This document shows positions 31,846-42,630 of a stretch of 64,000 bases of DNA, in pieces. The notes under the pieces were generated by a model. It worked only from the letters and a program-made list of their open reading frames with translations. It did no database searches and was not told the DNA's origin. Source of the DNA: an uncultured cyanobacterium (GTDB lineage Bacteria > Cyanobacteriota > Cyanobacteriia > Cyanobacteriales > Nostocaceae); assembly GCA_963706595.1 (NCBI GenBank), contig OY970166.1:3168001-3232000 (forward strand), read 5' to 3'. The position numbers were made by a program, and so were the translations under genes. Numbering within the stretch: the first letter of the stretch is position 1; every line of letters starts with the position of its first letter.

Positions 31846-33077
31846 TATTCATCATCATTTTCGACAAAATATTCACCTATAGTTTCATGTATTTTATCAA
31901 TATTTTGAATTTCATTACGAATTTCTAATGCACTAAATTTATTATCAGCCTCATGCACAATAAAATTTCTAACTTTCATAGCTCGTTGAATTGCATGATA
32001 AAGAGATTGCTCAATAATTTCCTTGTCAACTAATAATCCCAGCAATTTTAACGTGCTGTAACGCATATTTCGGTATTCATCTTGGTTATCCTTCAACTTC
32101 AAATCAAGGAGATCATGAAGTTGCTTTTCGAGCATTTTCCATTTCTGTATATATTCTCCATAAAATGTATTCATGTTAATAGCTACATTTTCTGCTAAAT
32201 TTTCTCTATCATTTTCTGGAACTTCAATTTTATCTAGATTTTCAATAGCTTTTTCAAGCTTTGGTTTTATCTCATCAACCAGTTTTAATATTTCTTCATA
32301 ATCCTGTTTGATCAATACATTATTATGTGCAATTTGACAACGTATTTCATAAAGTTTTTTCCACCTCGTCTGTAAGTAAGACTTTTCACATTCAACATAG
32401 CCTGCAAAATATCTATCCCAGTTCGATTTGGGAATAAAATTTTTAAGTTCAGCTAAAGTAATTGTTTCTAAGTTTGTGGTATTTCTTAACTTCTCTATTA
32501 ATAATTTTTCCGCATCATTTTTTTTATATTCGTCAAAAAGAAAATTTGCCAGTTGAATAAAATCTGTTTCGTATAAATAATTGTAGTTATCCTTAGTATT
32601 TTTATTATCTTTACTAGTCTTAGTGGCAATTTTTAAATCATTTGGGATATCTTCTTTAGTCCAACCTAACCCAACATTTGTCAGCATAAATTTAGTTATT
32701 AGCTTCCGCATTAAATTTTCTATTTCATGAATTAGTGGATATGATTTATTAGCATAATAAAAGCTTATATCATCCCATAAAGTCTGTGGTTTCTTATCAG
32801 AAGCTTTATGCAACAGGTTCTTGACTGCTCTTAATAATTCGACAAATTCATCAATTGTTGCATCATTTTCACAATTAAATTTGATATGATAATATATATG
32901 ATTATCAGTTTTTATTAGTCCTTCTTGTATTTCATAATCTATTTCTAAGTTTTTAAATTTAAAACGTTTGCCTTGTATTTTTATTTCCGAATTGGATTGA
33001 AGGAAATTATTAAAAGACTGTATATTACCACAAAAAGCACTACTTGAATCAATAATTATAAGATATTCTACTTTCAT
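31845..33077 (-). CDS. HEPN domain protein (Swt1-like HEPN plus a second C-terminal HEPN motif)
   Basis: YPLIHEIENLMRKLI...GLGW; RCQIAH and RNFIVH (two R-x4-H motifs); very AT-rich. Confidence 0.75.
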   Translation of the reverse strand: MKVEYLIIIDSSSAFCGNIQSFNNFLQSNSEIKIQGKRFKFKNLEIDYEIQEGLIKTDNHIYYHIKFNCENDATIDEFVELLRAVKNLLHKASDKKPQTLWDDISFYYANKSYPLIHEIENLMRKLITKFMLTNVGLGWTKEDIPNDLKIATKTSKDNKNTKDNYNYLYETDFIQLANFLFDEYKKNDAEKLLIEKLRNTTNLETITLAELKNFIPKSNWDRYFAGYVECEKSYLQTRWKKLYEIRCQIAHNNVLIKQDYEEILKLVDEIKPKLEKAIENLDKIEVPENDRENLAENVAINMNTFYGEYIQKWKMLEKQLHDLLDLKLKDNQDEYRNMRYSTLKLLGLLVDKEIIEQSLYHAIQRAMKVRNFIVHEADNKFSALEIRNEIQNIDKIHETIGEYFVENDDE

Positions 33078-33322
33078 AAGGTCTTCTCTTCTAATTTCAA
33101 AGTTTTATTGTGTTCTAATTATTCGGCTAATTGAAAAGATGTACGTATTTTATTAACCACTTTTTGAAACTAAATTACAACATTTTTACTATTATTCATG
33201 TTCTCATCTCGTACTTCTGCTTCTTGTATTCATCTGCAATTATTACACTAATGATATATAAAGGGTTATGCTCAATATACCCACTAAAAGGCTTCATTAA
33301 ACCGTGATTAACAATTTGTTAC

Positions 33323-33661
33323 TCAAGAAACAGCAAATCCCGTATATTTACGAGTTTCAGGAGATTTAAAACCTAAAATAATATGTGCTTTTGGTATTCC
33401 CGCAGCAACTAAATCATTAGCAATTCCCTCTTCTGTGCCATCATGTTGAATCCAAACTTTATGGTCAATTAAATCAATATCTAATAAAGTGCCATAGATC
33501 CGATAACCATTTTTCCAGCCTGATTCAACTAATAAATAACGATCATTTTTTTCATCTAACACCAGTTCAACTTGAACTTCTTCATCGTTACCAAGAAAAT
33601 CAGCGTAGTCTTCGAGAATCTTTTTAATAATCTGACGATATTGATTAGTTAAGGAATCCAT
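33323..33661 (-). CDS. xisI: XisI protein
   Basis: DRYLLVESGW...KVWIQHDGTEEGIA.DLV.AGIPK..IILGF. Confidence 0.9.
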   Translation of the reverse strand: MDSLTNQYRQIIKKILEDYADFLGNDEEVQVELVLDEKNDRYLLVESGWKNGYRIYGTLLDIDLIDHKVWIQHDGTEEGIANDLVAAGIPKAHIILGFKSPETRKYTGFAVS

Positions 33662-34068
33662 CTCACAATTACCTCCTGTTCAGCATCGAAGCTAAATAAA
33701 CGAATAACACCATCTTCAATTAAAGTTTGACCAGCTTCTTCTTCAAAAACGGTTTTACAAGTGCTTTCACTCACAGCCAAAAATAATTTATATTCAGGAT
33801 AATAACGCGCCAATAAATGCTCATATAAAACAAATTGACCAACAGCATCTTCTAGGTCTTTCATATCCGAGGGACGAGTAAAACTTTTCACCTCAACAGC
33901 TATTTTTTCCGTTTCTCGCTCTGCTGCTAATAATCTTTCTGCACCTAAATCAACAAATAGATTTTTCCCTCTCGCTAAACGAATTCGTAAAGGGTCATAG
34001 ACAATTTTCCAGCCATCTTTGATGAGTGCATTTTTTACGGTGCTGTGATAGATGTCTCTAGCTGGCAT
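33649..34068 (-). CDS. xisH: XisH protein (PD-(D/E)XK-like)
   Basis: MPARDIYH..VKNALIKDGW, DLGAE, KIAVEVKSF, AVGQF. Confidence 0.92.
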   Translation of the reverse strand: MPARDIYHSTVKNALIKDGWKIVYDPLRIRLARGKNLFVDLGAERLLAAERETEKIAVEVKSFTRPSDMKDLEDAVGQFVLYEHLLARYYPEYKLFLAVSESTCKTVFEEEAGQTLIEDGVIRLFSFDAEQEVIVRWIP

Positions 34069-34290
34069 AATGAAAAATCAGGTTTTCAAACCTGAGCAAC
34101 CCATTCATATTTAGTATTTTCTGTCAAGTCGTAACTTCCATAACAATTGTAATCTAAACGTCACCGTCTTTGTAGTCAAGTTCAAATCAGCACAATATTC
34201 TGGCAAAAAAATTATTAGTCAGCTAACGAACCAAGGATAATGGAGCATAATTAACCTTTATAGCTGTTAACACAACGCCACAAATTAAAT

Positions 34291-35295
34291 ATGAATACAC
34301 AACCAACAAACCAACCTATCCGCGTCGGAGTCCTGGGTTTCGGTGGACTGGGACAAGCAGCCGCTAAACTCCTCTCCAGCAAAGGGGAAATGATCTTAGT
34401 CGCAGCCGCAGACCAAAAAGGCTACGCTTACTCTACAGAAGGTTTAAATACTCAAGAGTGCATTAAAACCTACCAAAGTCAAGGTTCCGTCGGTTATTTA
34501 GAACCAGTTGGCAGATTAAGCAATAACAGCATTCAAGATTTAATCGCTACCACTCAGCCTGTAGATGGGTATTTCCTCGCCTTACCCAACCTCCCCAATG
34601 ACTTTATCCCCTCCGTCGCCCAAGAATTTATCAAATCCGGTTGGCGGGGTGTGCTAGTAGATGCGATTAAACGCACCAGTGCAGTAGAACAACTTTTGGC
34701 GATGAAAGACGAACTGCAAGCCGCCGGAATTACATATATGTCTGGATGTGGTGCGACACCTGGACTATTAACAGCCGCCGCCGCTTTAGCCGCCCAAAGC
34801 TACGCCGAAATTCACAAGGTAGAAATTACCTTTGGTGTCGGTATTGCCAATTGGGAAGCTTACCGCGCCACTGTTCGCGAAGATATTGGACATATACCCG
34901 GTTATAGTGTAGAAACTGCTAGGGCGATGACTGATGCTGAAGTTGAAGCCTTACTGGATAAAACCAATGGCGTGCTGACTTTAGAGAATATGGAACACGC
35001 TGATGATGTGATGTTAGAATTTGCCGGTATTTGTTCACGCGATCGCGTTACAGTTGGTGGAGTCGTCGATACCCGCAATGCCAAAAAACCCCTCAGCACC
35101 AACGTTAAAGTTACAGGACGCACCTTTGAAGGTAAAATTTCCACCCATACCTTTACATTAGGAGATGAAACCAGCATGGCAGCCAATGTTTGCGGTCCTG
35201 CCTTTGGCTATCTCAAAGCTGGTAGACAATTACACCAACGCGGTATTTATGGTATCTTTACCGCAGCTGAAATTATGCCTCAATTTGTGAAATAA
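34291..35295 (+). CDS. bioU: BioU, dehydrogenase-like enzyme replacing BioA in biotin synthesis
   Basis: GFGGLG Rossmann motif, [34 protein letters not shown]. Confidence 0.82.
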   Translation: MNTQPTNQPIRVGVLGFGGLGQAAAKLLSSKGEMILVAAADQKGYAYSTEGLNTQECIKTYQSQGSVGYLEPVGRLSNNSIQDLIATTQPVDGYFLALPNLPNDFIPSVAQEFIKSGWRGVLVDAIKRTSAVEQLLAMKDELQAAGITYMSGCGATPGLLTAAAALAAQSYAEIHKVEITFGVGIANWEAYRATVREDIGHIPGYSVETARAMTDAEVEALLDKTNGVLTLENMEHADDVMLEFAGICSRDRVTVGGVVDTRNAKKPLSTNVKVTGRTFEGKISTHTFTLGDETSMAANVCGPAFGYLKAGRQLHQRGIYGIFTAAEIMPQFVK

Positions 35296-35500
35296 GCCAT
35301 TATTACAGCAATTTACAATTATATAAGGTACTCTTAGCCCCCTCATCGCTTGCGGGGAGGGGGTTGGGGGTGGGGTTCTTGTGCCTCTAACATACCTCTA
35401 AGATACAAGGTTGGGTTGACGGAAGGAAACCCAACTTTTTCGTTGCTGTGTTGGGTTGCGCTACGCTTAACCCAACCTACTTTTCTTCCGCGTAGCAGCG

Positions 35501-36052
35501 CTAGCGGTTAGCCTCTAGCTCCGCCTGAATTTCCTCTTCTAGTAAAAAAGAGGGTGTTTGCATAATAAATGGCAGTTCTGCCCCTAAAAGACCCCTCTGA
35601 ATGCGTTCTGAAGTTTCCGTGAAAACCACAAAAAGCGGATAGACAGTATTTGCCCCGTCACTCAAAATATGACTGTGACGCAAAGGCATTGACCACTCAT
35701 AGTCTGTATCCAGCAACACTTGAGTTTTTCGCCAACGCCCTAATAAATCAGAAAAGTCTTCCTGGGGACGATGAATAAACAGTAAAATTTCCACTCCCGT
35801 TTTAATTTTCCACTCTGGATCACACATAATAATGGCGATGTCACAGGGTAAGCAAGTTATTTGTGTATCCGTGTTTACAGTGCCACGGAAGCGCACAATC
35901 GGCAAAGGGATAGTAATAATACTGTCATCTGGACGGCGGAGACTGGGAAGCATTTCTAAGTATGGACGGTGTTGCTTGAGTAAGGCGATCGCCGCTAAAT
36001 TATTGCTATACTCTGCCAAGCTGGCTTCATAGTGAGATTTTTTAACAGACAT
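35501..36052 (-). CDS. Conserved cyanobacterial hypothetical protein downstream of pilC
   Basis: 183-aa ORF, co-oriented with the pil operon. Confidence 0.7.
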   Translation of the reverse strand: MSVKKSHYEASLAEYSNNLAAIALLKQHRPYLEMLPSLRRPDDSIITIPLPIVRFRGTVNTDTQITCLPCDIAIIMCDPEWKIKTGVEILLFIHRPQEDFSDLLGRWRKTQVLLDTDYEWSMPLRHSHILSDGANTVYPLFVVFTETSERIQRGLLGAELPFIMQTPSFLLEEEIQAELEANR

Positions 36053-36117
36053 AATTAATTGACTAATTCAAACTTCAAACAATTATTCAATTTAGAACTT
36101 TCAGCAAAATCAAAAAC

Positions 36118-36243
36118 TATAGCAGTCCTAAATCATTTCTGAACCTCTTGACTTCTTCACTTGGCGACCTTGGCGGCTTGGCGGTATGCGCTTCGCGCAC
36201 GCTACGCGAACGATAAATTCAGAAATCAAATAGGAGTCCTATA
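36118..36243. mobile_element. MITE, second copy of the 14663 family
   Basis: Near-identical ends to 14663-14838 with different nested inserts. Confidence 0.75.
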
Positions 36244-36302
36244 TGTAGAGTTAGGAATAAAAACTTTTCACTCCTAACTCTTCCAACATTAATTCTAATC
36301 AC

Positions 36303-37524
36303 TTAACCCAAAGTTTCAAACACCTTAAACATCGGCAAATACATTGCTAGCAAAATCGTCCCCACCATACCACCCAAAACCACAATCATCAATGGTTCCA
36401 AAACACTGGTAAGTGCTTTAACAGCCTGTTCCACCTCATCTTCATAAAAATCGGCAACTTTCATCAACATCGCATCTAATTCACCAGTTTCCTCGCCAAT
36501 GCTAATCATCTGAATTGCCATAGCCGGAAACACTTGATCCTTTTGCAAAGCCAAGCTAATCATTCCTCCTTGTTGAATATCTACACGGGCTGCATCTATA
36601 GCATTAGCAACAACTTGGTTTCCTGATGTATCCCGAACAATTTCCAAGCAAGTGAGAATTGGCACACCTGAACGAGTCAAAGCCCCAAAAGTCCGACTAA
36701 AGCGTGCAACTGATGATTTTTGAATTAAGTCACCAAACAAAGGCATTTTCAGAGAAAGGCGGTCAATCGTTATCCGACCAACAGGCTGTCTTGTAATATT
36801 GCTGATAAGCGATACTCAATCCAATCAAAGCACCAACAACAACTAAAGACCGCCAACTTCTCAAAATTTCACTACACATCATCAAAAATTGGGTAAGAGC
36901 TGGTAATTCCGTCCCTAAATCTGTAAAAATATTCGCAAAAATTGGAATCAAAAAAACAGTCATACCAACAAAGATAGCAGTTGCTAAAAAACCTACAACC
37001 ACAGGATAAGACAATGCAGCTTTAATTTGATTTTGTAGTCGAGCCACATCCTCTAACAACTTAGCCAAACGATTCAATACTTCATCCAAAACACCACCAA
37101 CTTCACCAGCTTGAACCATACTGACATATAAACCATCAAAGCAGGCGGGATGCTTACGCATGGAATCGGAAAGATTCATCCCGCTTTGTACATCATTGCT
37201 GATGTCAATGAGTGCTAGTTTTAATTTAGGATTGCTACACTGTTCGGACAGCACCCCTAAACTTCTCACAATGGCTACACCTGCATTTACCAAAGCTGCA
37301 AATTGACGGGAAAATACCGCTTTATCTTTAACACTCACCTTAGTCATTGCTAACTGAATTTTATTCAAATCAAAGCTAGCAAGACTCTGAGCCTGCTTTA
37401 AGTCTTGAACAACAAAACCCTGGTCTCTAAGATTAGTGCGGGCTTGTGACAAAGATTCGGCAACAACTTTTTCCTTTCGGGATTTTCCTTGAGAATCCCG
37501 AATCCGAGCGACATAATTTGGCAT
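36303..37524 (-). CDS. pilC: Type IV pilus platform protein PilC, split by a +1 frameshift near 36787
   Basis: FSRQFAALVNAG, AGEVGGVL, GEETGELD; removing one base in ACAGCCT gives YYKTPVGRITID. Confidence 0.93.
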
Positions 37525-37566
37525 GGGTTAAGTAATTCAAAATTAGATAATTGCAAAGGTAAAAAT

Positions 37567-38685
37567 TTAACGCGCTCTTCCAGCCGCAGGTCTTGCACCT
37601 GCTGGTGGTGCAGAAGTACCAATGAGACGTTGAACTTCATCTGGTTTAGAAGTTTTAGACATTGCAGCTTCAAAAGAAATAGTTCCAGCCTTGTATAAAT
37701 CAGCTAAAACCTTCTCTAAAGTTTGCATCCCCAATTTGCCCCCAGTCTGGATAGTCGAGTAGATTTGCGCTGTTTTTCCTTCTCGAATCAAGTTAGAAAT
37801 CGCCGGAGTCACAATCAGGATTTCTTGAGCCATTATCCGGCCAAACTCACCTGGTTTAGGGTTTTTCTTTTCTACTAAAGTTTGGCTAAATATGGCTACT
37901 AAAGAGTTAGATAACTGCACCCGCACTTGAGTTTGCTTCTCATGAGGAAACACGTCAATAATCCGGTCAACAGTCTGTGCAGCTGAACTGGTGTGCAGAG
38001 TTCCAAATACCAAATGTCCTGTTTCCGCCGCCGAAATTGCCAAAGAAATCGTTTCTAAGTCACGCATTTCCCCCACCAGAATAATATCTGGATCTTCCCG
38101 TAAAGCAGCCCTCAAAGCATTAGCGAAACTCTTGGTATCTTCATTCAATTGTCGTTGGTGGACTAGGCTTTTAATTGGTTCATAAATAAATTCAATAGGG
38201 TCTTCTACTGTGAGAATATGTTCGGCTTTGGTGCGGTTGATTAAGTCAATCATCGCCGCTAGGGTGGTTGTTTTTCCGGAACCTGTGGGGCCTGTAACCA
38301 GAATTAATCCTCTGGGCTTATCGGACATTTCCCGCACTACATCTGGCAGACCTAATTTTTCAAAGTTAGGAATTTTGGAACTCAGCGCCCGTAAACAAGC
38401 AGCATAAGCACCACGTTCTTTATAGACATTCACCCGGAAACGAGCTAAACCTTTCACACCATAGGAACAATCCAACTCCCAAGTTTGTTCTAAGGTTTTA
38501 CGCTGGGTGTTATTGAGCATACTAAAAATCAGCCTTTGGCATTGGTCTGCACTCAATACCTCTTCACCGATGGGGGTGAGTTTGCCACTAATCCGAAAGT
38601 AGGGAGGCAAACCTGCGGATAAATGCATATCCGAGCCACCCATTTCAATCATCTGTTCCATCAAGTCTTCAATCATCATTTCCAT
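37567..38685 (-). CDS. pilT: Twitching motility retraction ATPase
   Basis: GPTGSGKTT, LREDPDIILVGEMRD, AISNLIRE. Confidence 0.96.
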   Translation of the reverse strand: MEMMIEDLMEQMIEMGGSDMHLSAGLPPYFRISGKLTPIGEEVLSADQCQRLIFSMLNNTQRKTLEQTWELDCSYGVKGLARFRVNVYKERGAYAACLRALSSKIPNFEKLGLPDVVREMSDKPRGLILVTGPTGSGKTTTLAAMIDLINRTKAEHILTVEDPIEFIYEPIKSLVHQRQLNEDTKSFANALRAALREDPDIILVGEMRDLETISLAISAAETGHLVFGTLHTSSAAQTVDRIIDVFPHEKQTQVRVQLSNSLVAIFSQTLVEKKNPKPGEFGRIMAQEILIVTPAISNLIREGKTAQIYSTIQTGGKLGMQTLEKVLADLYKAGTISFEAAMSKTSKPDEVQRLIGTSAPPAGARPAAGRAR

Positions 38686-38756
38686 AGTTATAGTTCCTGG
38701 TTTTTACTTATTGAATGCCAATTCCATAGTCAAAAGCTATGACCAATGACTAATTC

Positions 38757-40772
38757 TTAATCTTGAAAACGAGGTGTCATACAGTAGGGACAATCTAGCC
38801 ATTCCGGTTGTAATATTGCACTGCAAGTTACACAAGTCAGACCACTCTTGCGTTTGGACTTTAACTCGGCTTCTAACCCAGTATCAGTAAAGGTGACTCG
38901 TTCTACTTCTTCTAGTGTGGTCGCACCTTGACGCACTAAGTCCAGACTGTAAGCTAGCAAGGTTTTCATGCCCTCTTCTACGGCCACTTCTTTAATGCGG
39001 TCGGTTGGTGCTTCTTGGTTGATCAAGGTTTGCAGGTTTTCGGTGACTCGCATCACTTCATAAACACCACAACGTCCTTTGTAGCCAGAGCCGTTACACT
39101 TGGGACAAACCTGCTGATTTTTGGCTTTGGCTTCCGTAATTTCTTCTAATGTTAAACTGTTAGCTTTGTAAAAAGTTACGCCGAGATTTTGGGAAGCTGT
39201 TAGGCCATAGCGAGCTAGTTCCTCAGTTGTGGGAGTATAGGGAATACGACATTCCGAACAGACCCGCCGCACCAAACGTTGAGCCAACACACCAATCAGG
39301 GAACTAGAAACCATAAAAGGCTCAATCCCCATTTCTCCCAAACGCGCGATCGCACCAGGAGCATCATTAGTGTGTAAAGTAGTTAAAACTAAGTGACCAG
39401 TCAACGCAGCCTCAATCGCGGTTTTTGCTGTTTCCCTGTCCCGTGTTTCACCCACTAGTAATACATCCGGGTCTTGCCGCAAAAACGCCCGCAAAGCCGT
39501 AGAAAAATCTAACCCTTTTTCCCGAATTACTTGTACTTGAGTAATTCCTGGCAAGCTATACTCAATTGGGTCTTCTACTGTACTGATATTGATCCCCGGC
39601 GAGTTCTTTTCTGATAATGCCGAATACAACGATGTAGTTTTACCAGAACCAGTTGGTCCAGTTACCAAAATCAACCCAAAAGGACGGCTCACCATGTCCT
39701 GGACGATGTGTAAAGTTTCGGGATCGGTAATTAACTTATCTAATCCCAACTGGGTGGAAGAGTTATCCAAAATCCGCAATACTACTTTTTCCCCGTAGCG
39801 GCTAGGCAAGGTACTCACGCGGAAGTCTACCTTCCGTCCCTCGAATAGTCGCCGAATGCGGCCATCTTGGGGTAAGCGGCGCTCGGCAATGTCTAGATTG
39901 GAGATAATTTTAAATCGAGCTGTAACCGCAGGTACGATTTTCTTGGGCAGGGGATCGAAAGCCTCACTCAATACCCCATCCTTACGAAACCGAATCCGTA
40001 AATTTTCCTCCTGTGGTTCAATGTGAATATCAGAAACCCCCTCATGTAAGGCTTTGGCCAAGATTCTGTTGACCAGGTTAATCACAGGGGCATCTTCCGC
40101 ACCCTTCATTGCTGCCCCCAAATCAGCCTCAATCTCTTCGGGGTTATCGTCTATGTCAAGATTATTCAGACTTTCTAAATCTTGATTAATATCTGTAAAT
40201 TTTTCTTTTTCCAGGTGCTTTTGCCGCACAGCTAATTCATCCAAATATTGGTTAATTATCTGCTGGTAATCTTCTGGGGTAATTACCATGCGCTGTAATG
40301 CCAACCCAAGGGGGCGGAGGATGCGGTTGAGGTCGTCAGAAGCTTCGAGATTATCCGGATCAACCATTGCCACCAAGACACAAGGCGGTTTTTGATCTTC
40401 ATTTTTGGATAATGGCACCAAGCGATGGCGACGACAGATATCCACCGGGATCAGGGTTTCAATCAGGTTGCCCACCTTGGTAGTGCCAATTTCGTTGACT
40501 TCCGGATCAAGGAACTCAACACCGTACAGTATTTTAAGCTCAAATAGCTGTTGTTTTTTATATTGTCTGACGAACTCAGGTGAAAGTTGTTGTCCGGTGA
40601 TCGACTCCAGGACTTCTGTCAAGGGTCTGCCAGACTTGCGACTTTCAATCAGCGCCAGCCTCATCTGTTCAGTATTGGCATAGCCAGACTGTATGAGCTT
40701 GTTGCCGAAGGGCGAAAACTCTGTTCTTGTAGTTAGAGCGGTACTGCGCCGTTGTGGTGACGAGTAAGTCAT
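38757..40772 (-). CDS. pilB: Type IV pilus assembly ATPase
   Basis: GPTGSGKTT, LRQDPD, Zn motif, cyanobacterial C-terminal CxxC..CPYC. Confidence 0.96.
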   Translation of the reverse strand: MTYSSPQRRSTALTTRTEFSPFGNKLIQSGYANTEQMRLALIESRKSGRPLTEVLESITGQQLSPEFVRQYKKQQLFELKILYGVEFLDPEVNEIGTTKVGNLIETLIPVDICRRHRLVPLSKNEDQKPPCVLVAMVDPDNLEASDDLNRILRPLGLALQRMVITPEDYQQIINQYLDELAVRQKHLEKEKFTDINQDLESLNNLDIDDNPEEIEADLGAAMKGAEDAPVINLVNRILAKALHEGVSDIHIEPQEENLRIRFRKDGVLSEAFDPLPKKIVPAVTARFKIISNLDIAERRLPQDGRIRRLFEGRKVDFRVSTLPSRYGEKVVLRILDNSSTQLGLDKLITDPETLHIVQDMVSRPFGLILVTGPTGSGKTTSLYSALSEKNSPGINISTVEDPIEYSLPGITQVQVIREKGLDFSTALRAFLRQDPDVLLVGETRDRETAKTAIEAALTGHLVLTTLHTNDAPGAIARLGEMGIEPFMVSSSLIGVLAQRLVRRVCSECRIPYTPTTEELARYGLTASQNLGVTFYKANSLTLEEITEAKAKNQQVCPKCNGSGYKGRCGVYEVMRVTENLQTLINQEAPTDRIKEVAVEEGMKTLLAYSLDLVRQGATTLEEVERVTFTDTGLEAELKSKRKSGLTCVTCSAILQPEWLDCPYCMTPRFQD

Positions 40773-40806
40773 AGGTGAGCAATAAGTAGGGAAAACCTCT
40801 ATTTAC

Positions 40807-40815
40807 AGTATTCCC
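40807..40815 (-). promoter_or_regulatory. SigJ/SigF-type promoter box (GGGAATACT) upstream of pilB
   Basis: Minus strand reads GGGAATACT 35 nt before the pilB ATG, matching the J-box described for hormogonium/motility genes in Nostoc. Confidence 0.7.
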
Positions 40816-41079
40816 AGGCTGGGGCAAAGAATTTTCATTTACACTGAGTTAATTTATGTCAAAGTTTTGGCGCTTGCCCCGTACCCCTTGCGGCTCTGCC
40901 TTTTCGGTGAGGTTTTCACTCCTGGGAGTTGCCAGAATGAACTAAGTAATGTAAAGATATTTAACTTGGCTTGTAGTAATATATGATGTCCGCCGTTTCA
41001 GTAGGGATTTGTCAAAAAACCGAATCATGGCAAATCCTCAAGGCAATAATATTCAGCACAATTCTTCCCAAAGGTTGAT

Positions 41080-41311
41080 TTGTGATGTTAACCTACTCGT
41101 TCGGTATACCGTCACCAGAGTGTCTAGCAATCCCTAATCGTGGCGCGGAAAATACGCTAGGGCGTGGGCATGGTGTATGAGAAAATGCCTGTGGAGATGG
41201 TCTGACGGGGGCAGTAATGCCTAGTCAAGAATCTGTGAAGCAGGAAATCTCTGGTGTAAATTTAAGAATCCCTTGTTACACTGCGTAGCGGTTAACGGGT
41301 GAGTATGTCAA
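41080..41311 (+). mobile_element. Protein-less IS200/IS605-family relic (PATE-like) retaining the tnpB tail, omega-RNA scaffold and right end
   Basis: Translates NRG..GHGV*ENACGDGLTG..SQESVKQE (tnpB tail), then AAGAATCCC..GGGTGAGTATGTCAA right end; left boundary uncertain. Confidence 0.7.
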
Positions 41312-41445
41312 ACTAACGTGTTCACCATTTGCCACAATAAAAAGACGGTGGCATCACGAACAGAAAAATGTCGGCGCAAAAATAGCCTCAGTTGTAAGCT
41401 GTGGTGACGTACTGCCATAAAAACAATCTGGGACGAGTAGACAAT

Positions 41446-42190
41446 ATGGACGAAAATAAACAGGTAAACAATACCAGCCAGCAATTGGGTGAACCAACAG
41501 AGGTAAAGCAAGCAATGAAGAGCGACTCCCCAGCCCAAACAAACTTCAACGAATCTGGCAGCGAGGATACTGAGCAAGTGACAATTCCAAATAATGTATC
41601 GGAAGATGCAACACTTTCACCAGAAGATGGAATCGCTGCCACTGAAAAAACTGAAGTGGAAACGGCTGCTTTGGCAGAATTGACTCAACAAATTGAGTCT
41701 CTCAAAGCGCAAGTAGAAGAACGCAGTACTCAATATATGAGGATTGCTGCGGATTTTGAAAATTACCGCAAACGCACCAGCAAAGAAAAAGAAGAGTCTG
41801 GATTTGCAAGTGAAGCGGAACACTATTTTGGAATTGCTCCCCATAGTCGATAATTTTGAGCGGGCGCGAGCTCACCTCAAGCCACAAAGTGACGGCGAGA
41901 TGACAATTCACAAAAGTTATCAAGGAGTTTATAAACAACTAGTGGAATGCCTGAAACGCATAGGGGTATCACCAATGCGTCCTGAAGGCCAAGAATTCGA
42001 TCCTAATCTTCATGAAGCCGTTATGCGCGAACCTACGGATGAACATCCAGAGGGAACAGTGTTAGAAGAGTTAGTACGCGGATATTATTTGGGCGATCGC
42101 GTGCTGCGCCATTCAATGGTCAAGGTGGCTGCTCCCAAGGAAGACACTCCACCAGCACCCGTAGATCAGTCGAGTTCAGATGACAGTTAA
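41446..42190 (+). CDS. grpE: Nucleotide exchange factor GrpE, split by a +1 frameshift near 41797
   Basis: [12 protein letters not shown] then [36 protein letters not shown]. Confidence 0.94.
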
Positions 42191-42630
42191 ACTGTAGTTG
42201 CTCGCCTTATAGGCCAAAAGTGCCAATGTTCTATCCAGAATAGGCATTGCAAATCACACCAAGGAAAGGGCTGTTGACAGTTTGCCGGACTTTCGCAGCC
42301 CACCTTTTGATTGCAGCTTGCATCTAGGGCGCGACTTAATTACAAAAAGCCCACCCTACATAACAGTAAGTGTTTCCACTGTTCGCCAGAGGAGTTCCAG
42401 AGACATTACCGTAAGCCTTTAGCCCATAGAGCAAAGTGCCGAGTGCTGTAAAGCCCTGCGGGCATAGCTACCCTGAGAACACAGCCGGGCGATCGCCCGT
42501 GTTGAGTTAAAATTTCAGTCAAAACTAGACTTTGAGCATTCAGCTTTGTCCTCACTTATAGGATTACTGCTATACAAAAAATCATTCGCGAAAAATCACG
42601 GTATAAGCACTTCATAAAGATACTGTACCT

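Noticed and set aside
33323..34068. Heterocyst fdxN-type excision element
   Set aside because: XisH/XisI are present, but there is no recombinase and no interrupted nif/hup gene in the window.
40860..40940. Possible riboswitch upstream of pilB (CCGAAAAGG and CCGCAAGG loops on the minus strand)
   Set aside because: It does not match any riboswitch consensus I know, and it lies upstream of the J-box promoter.
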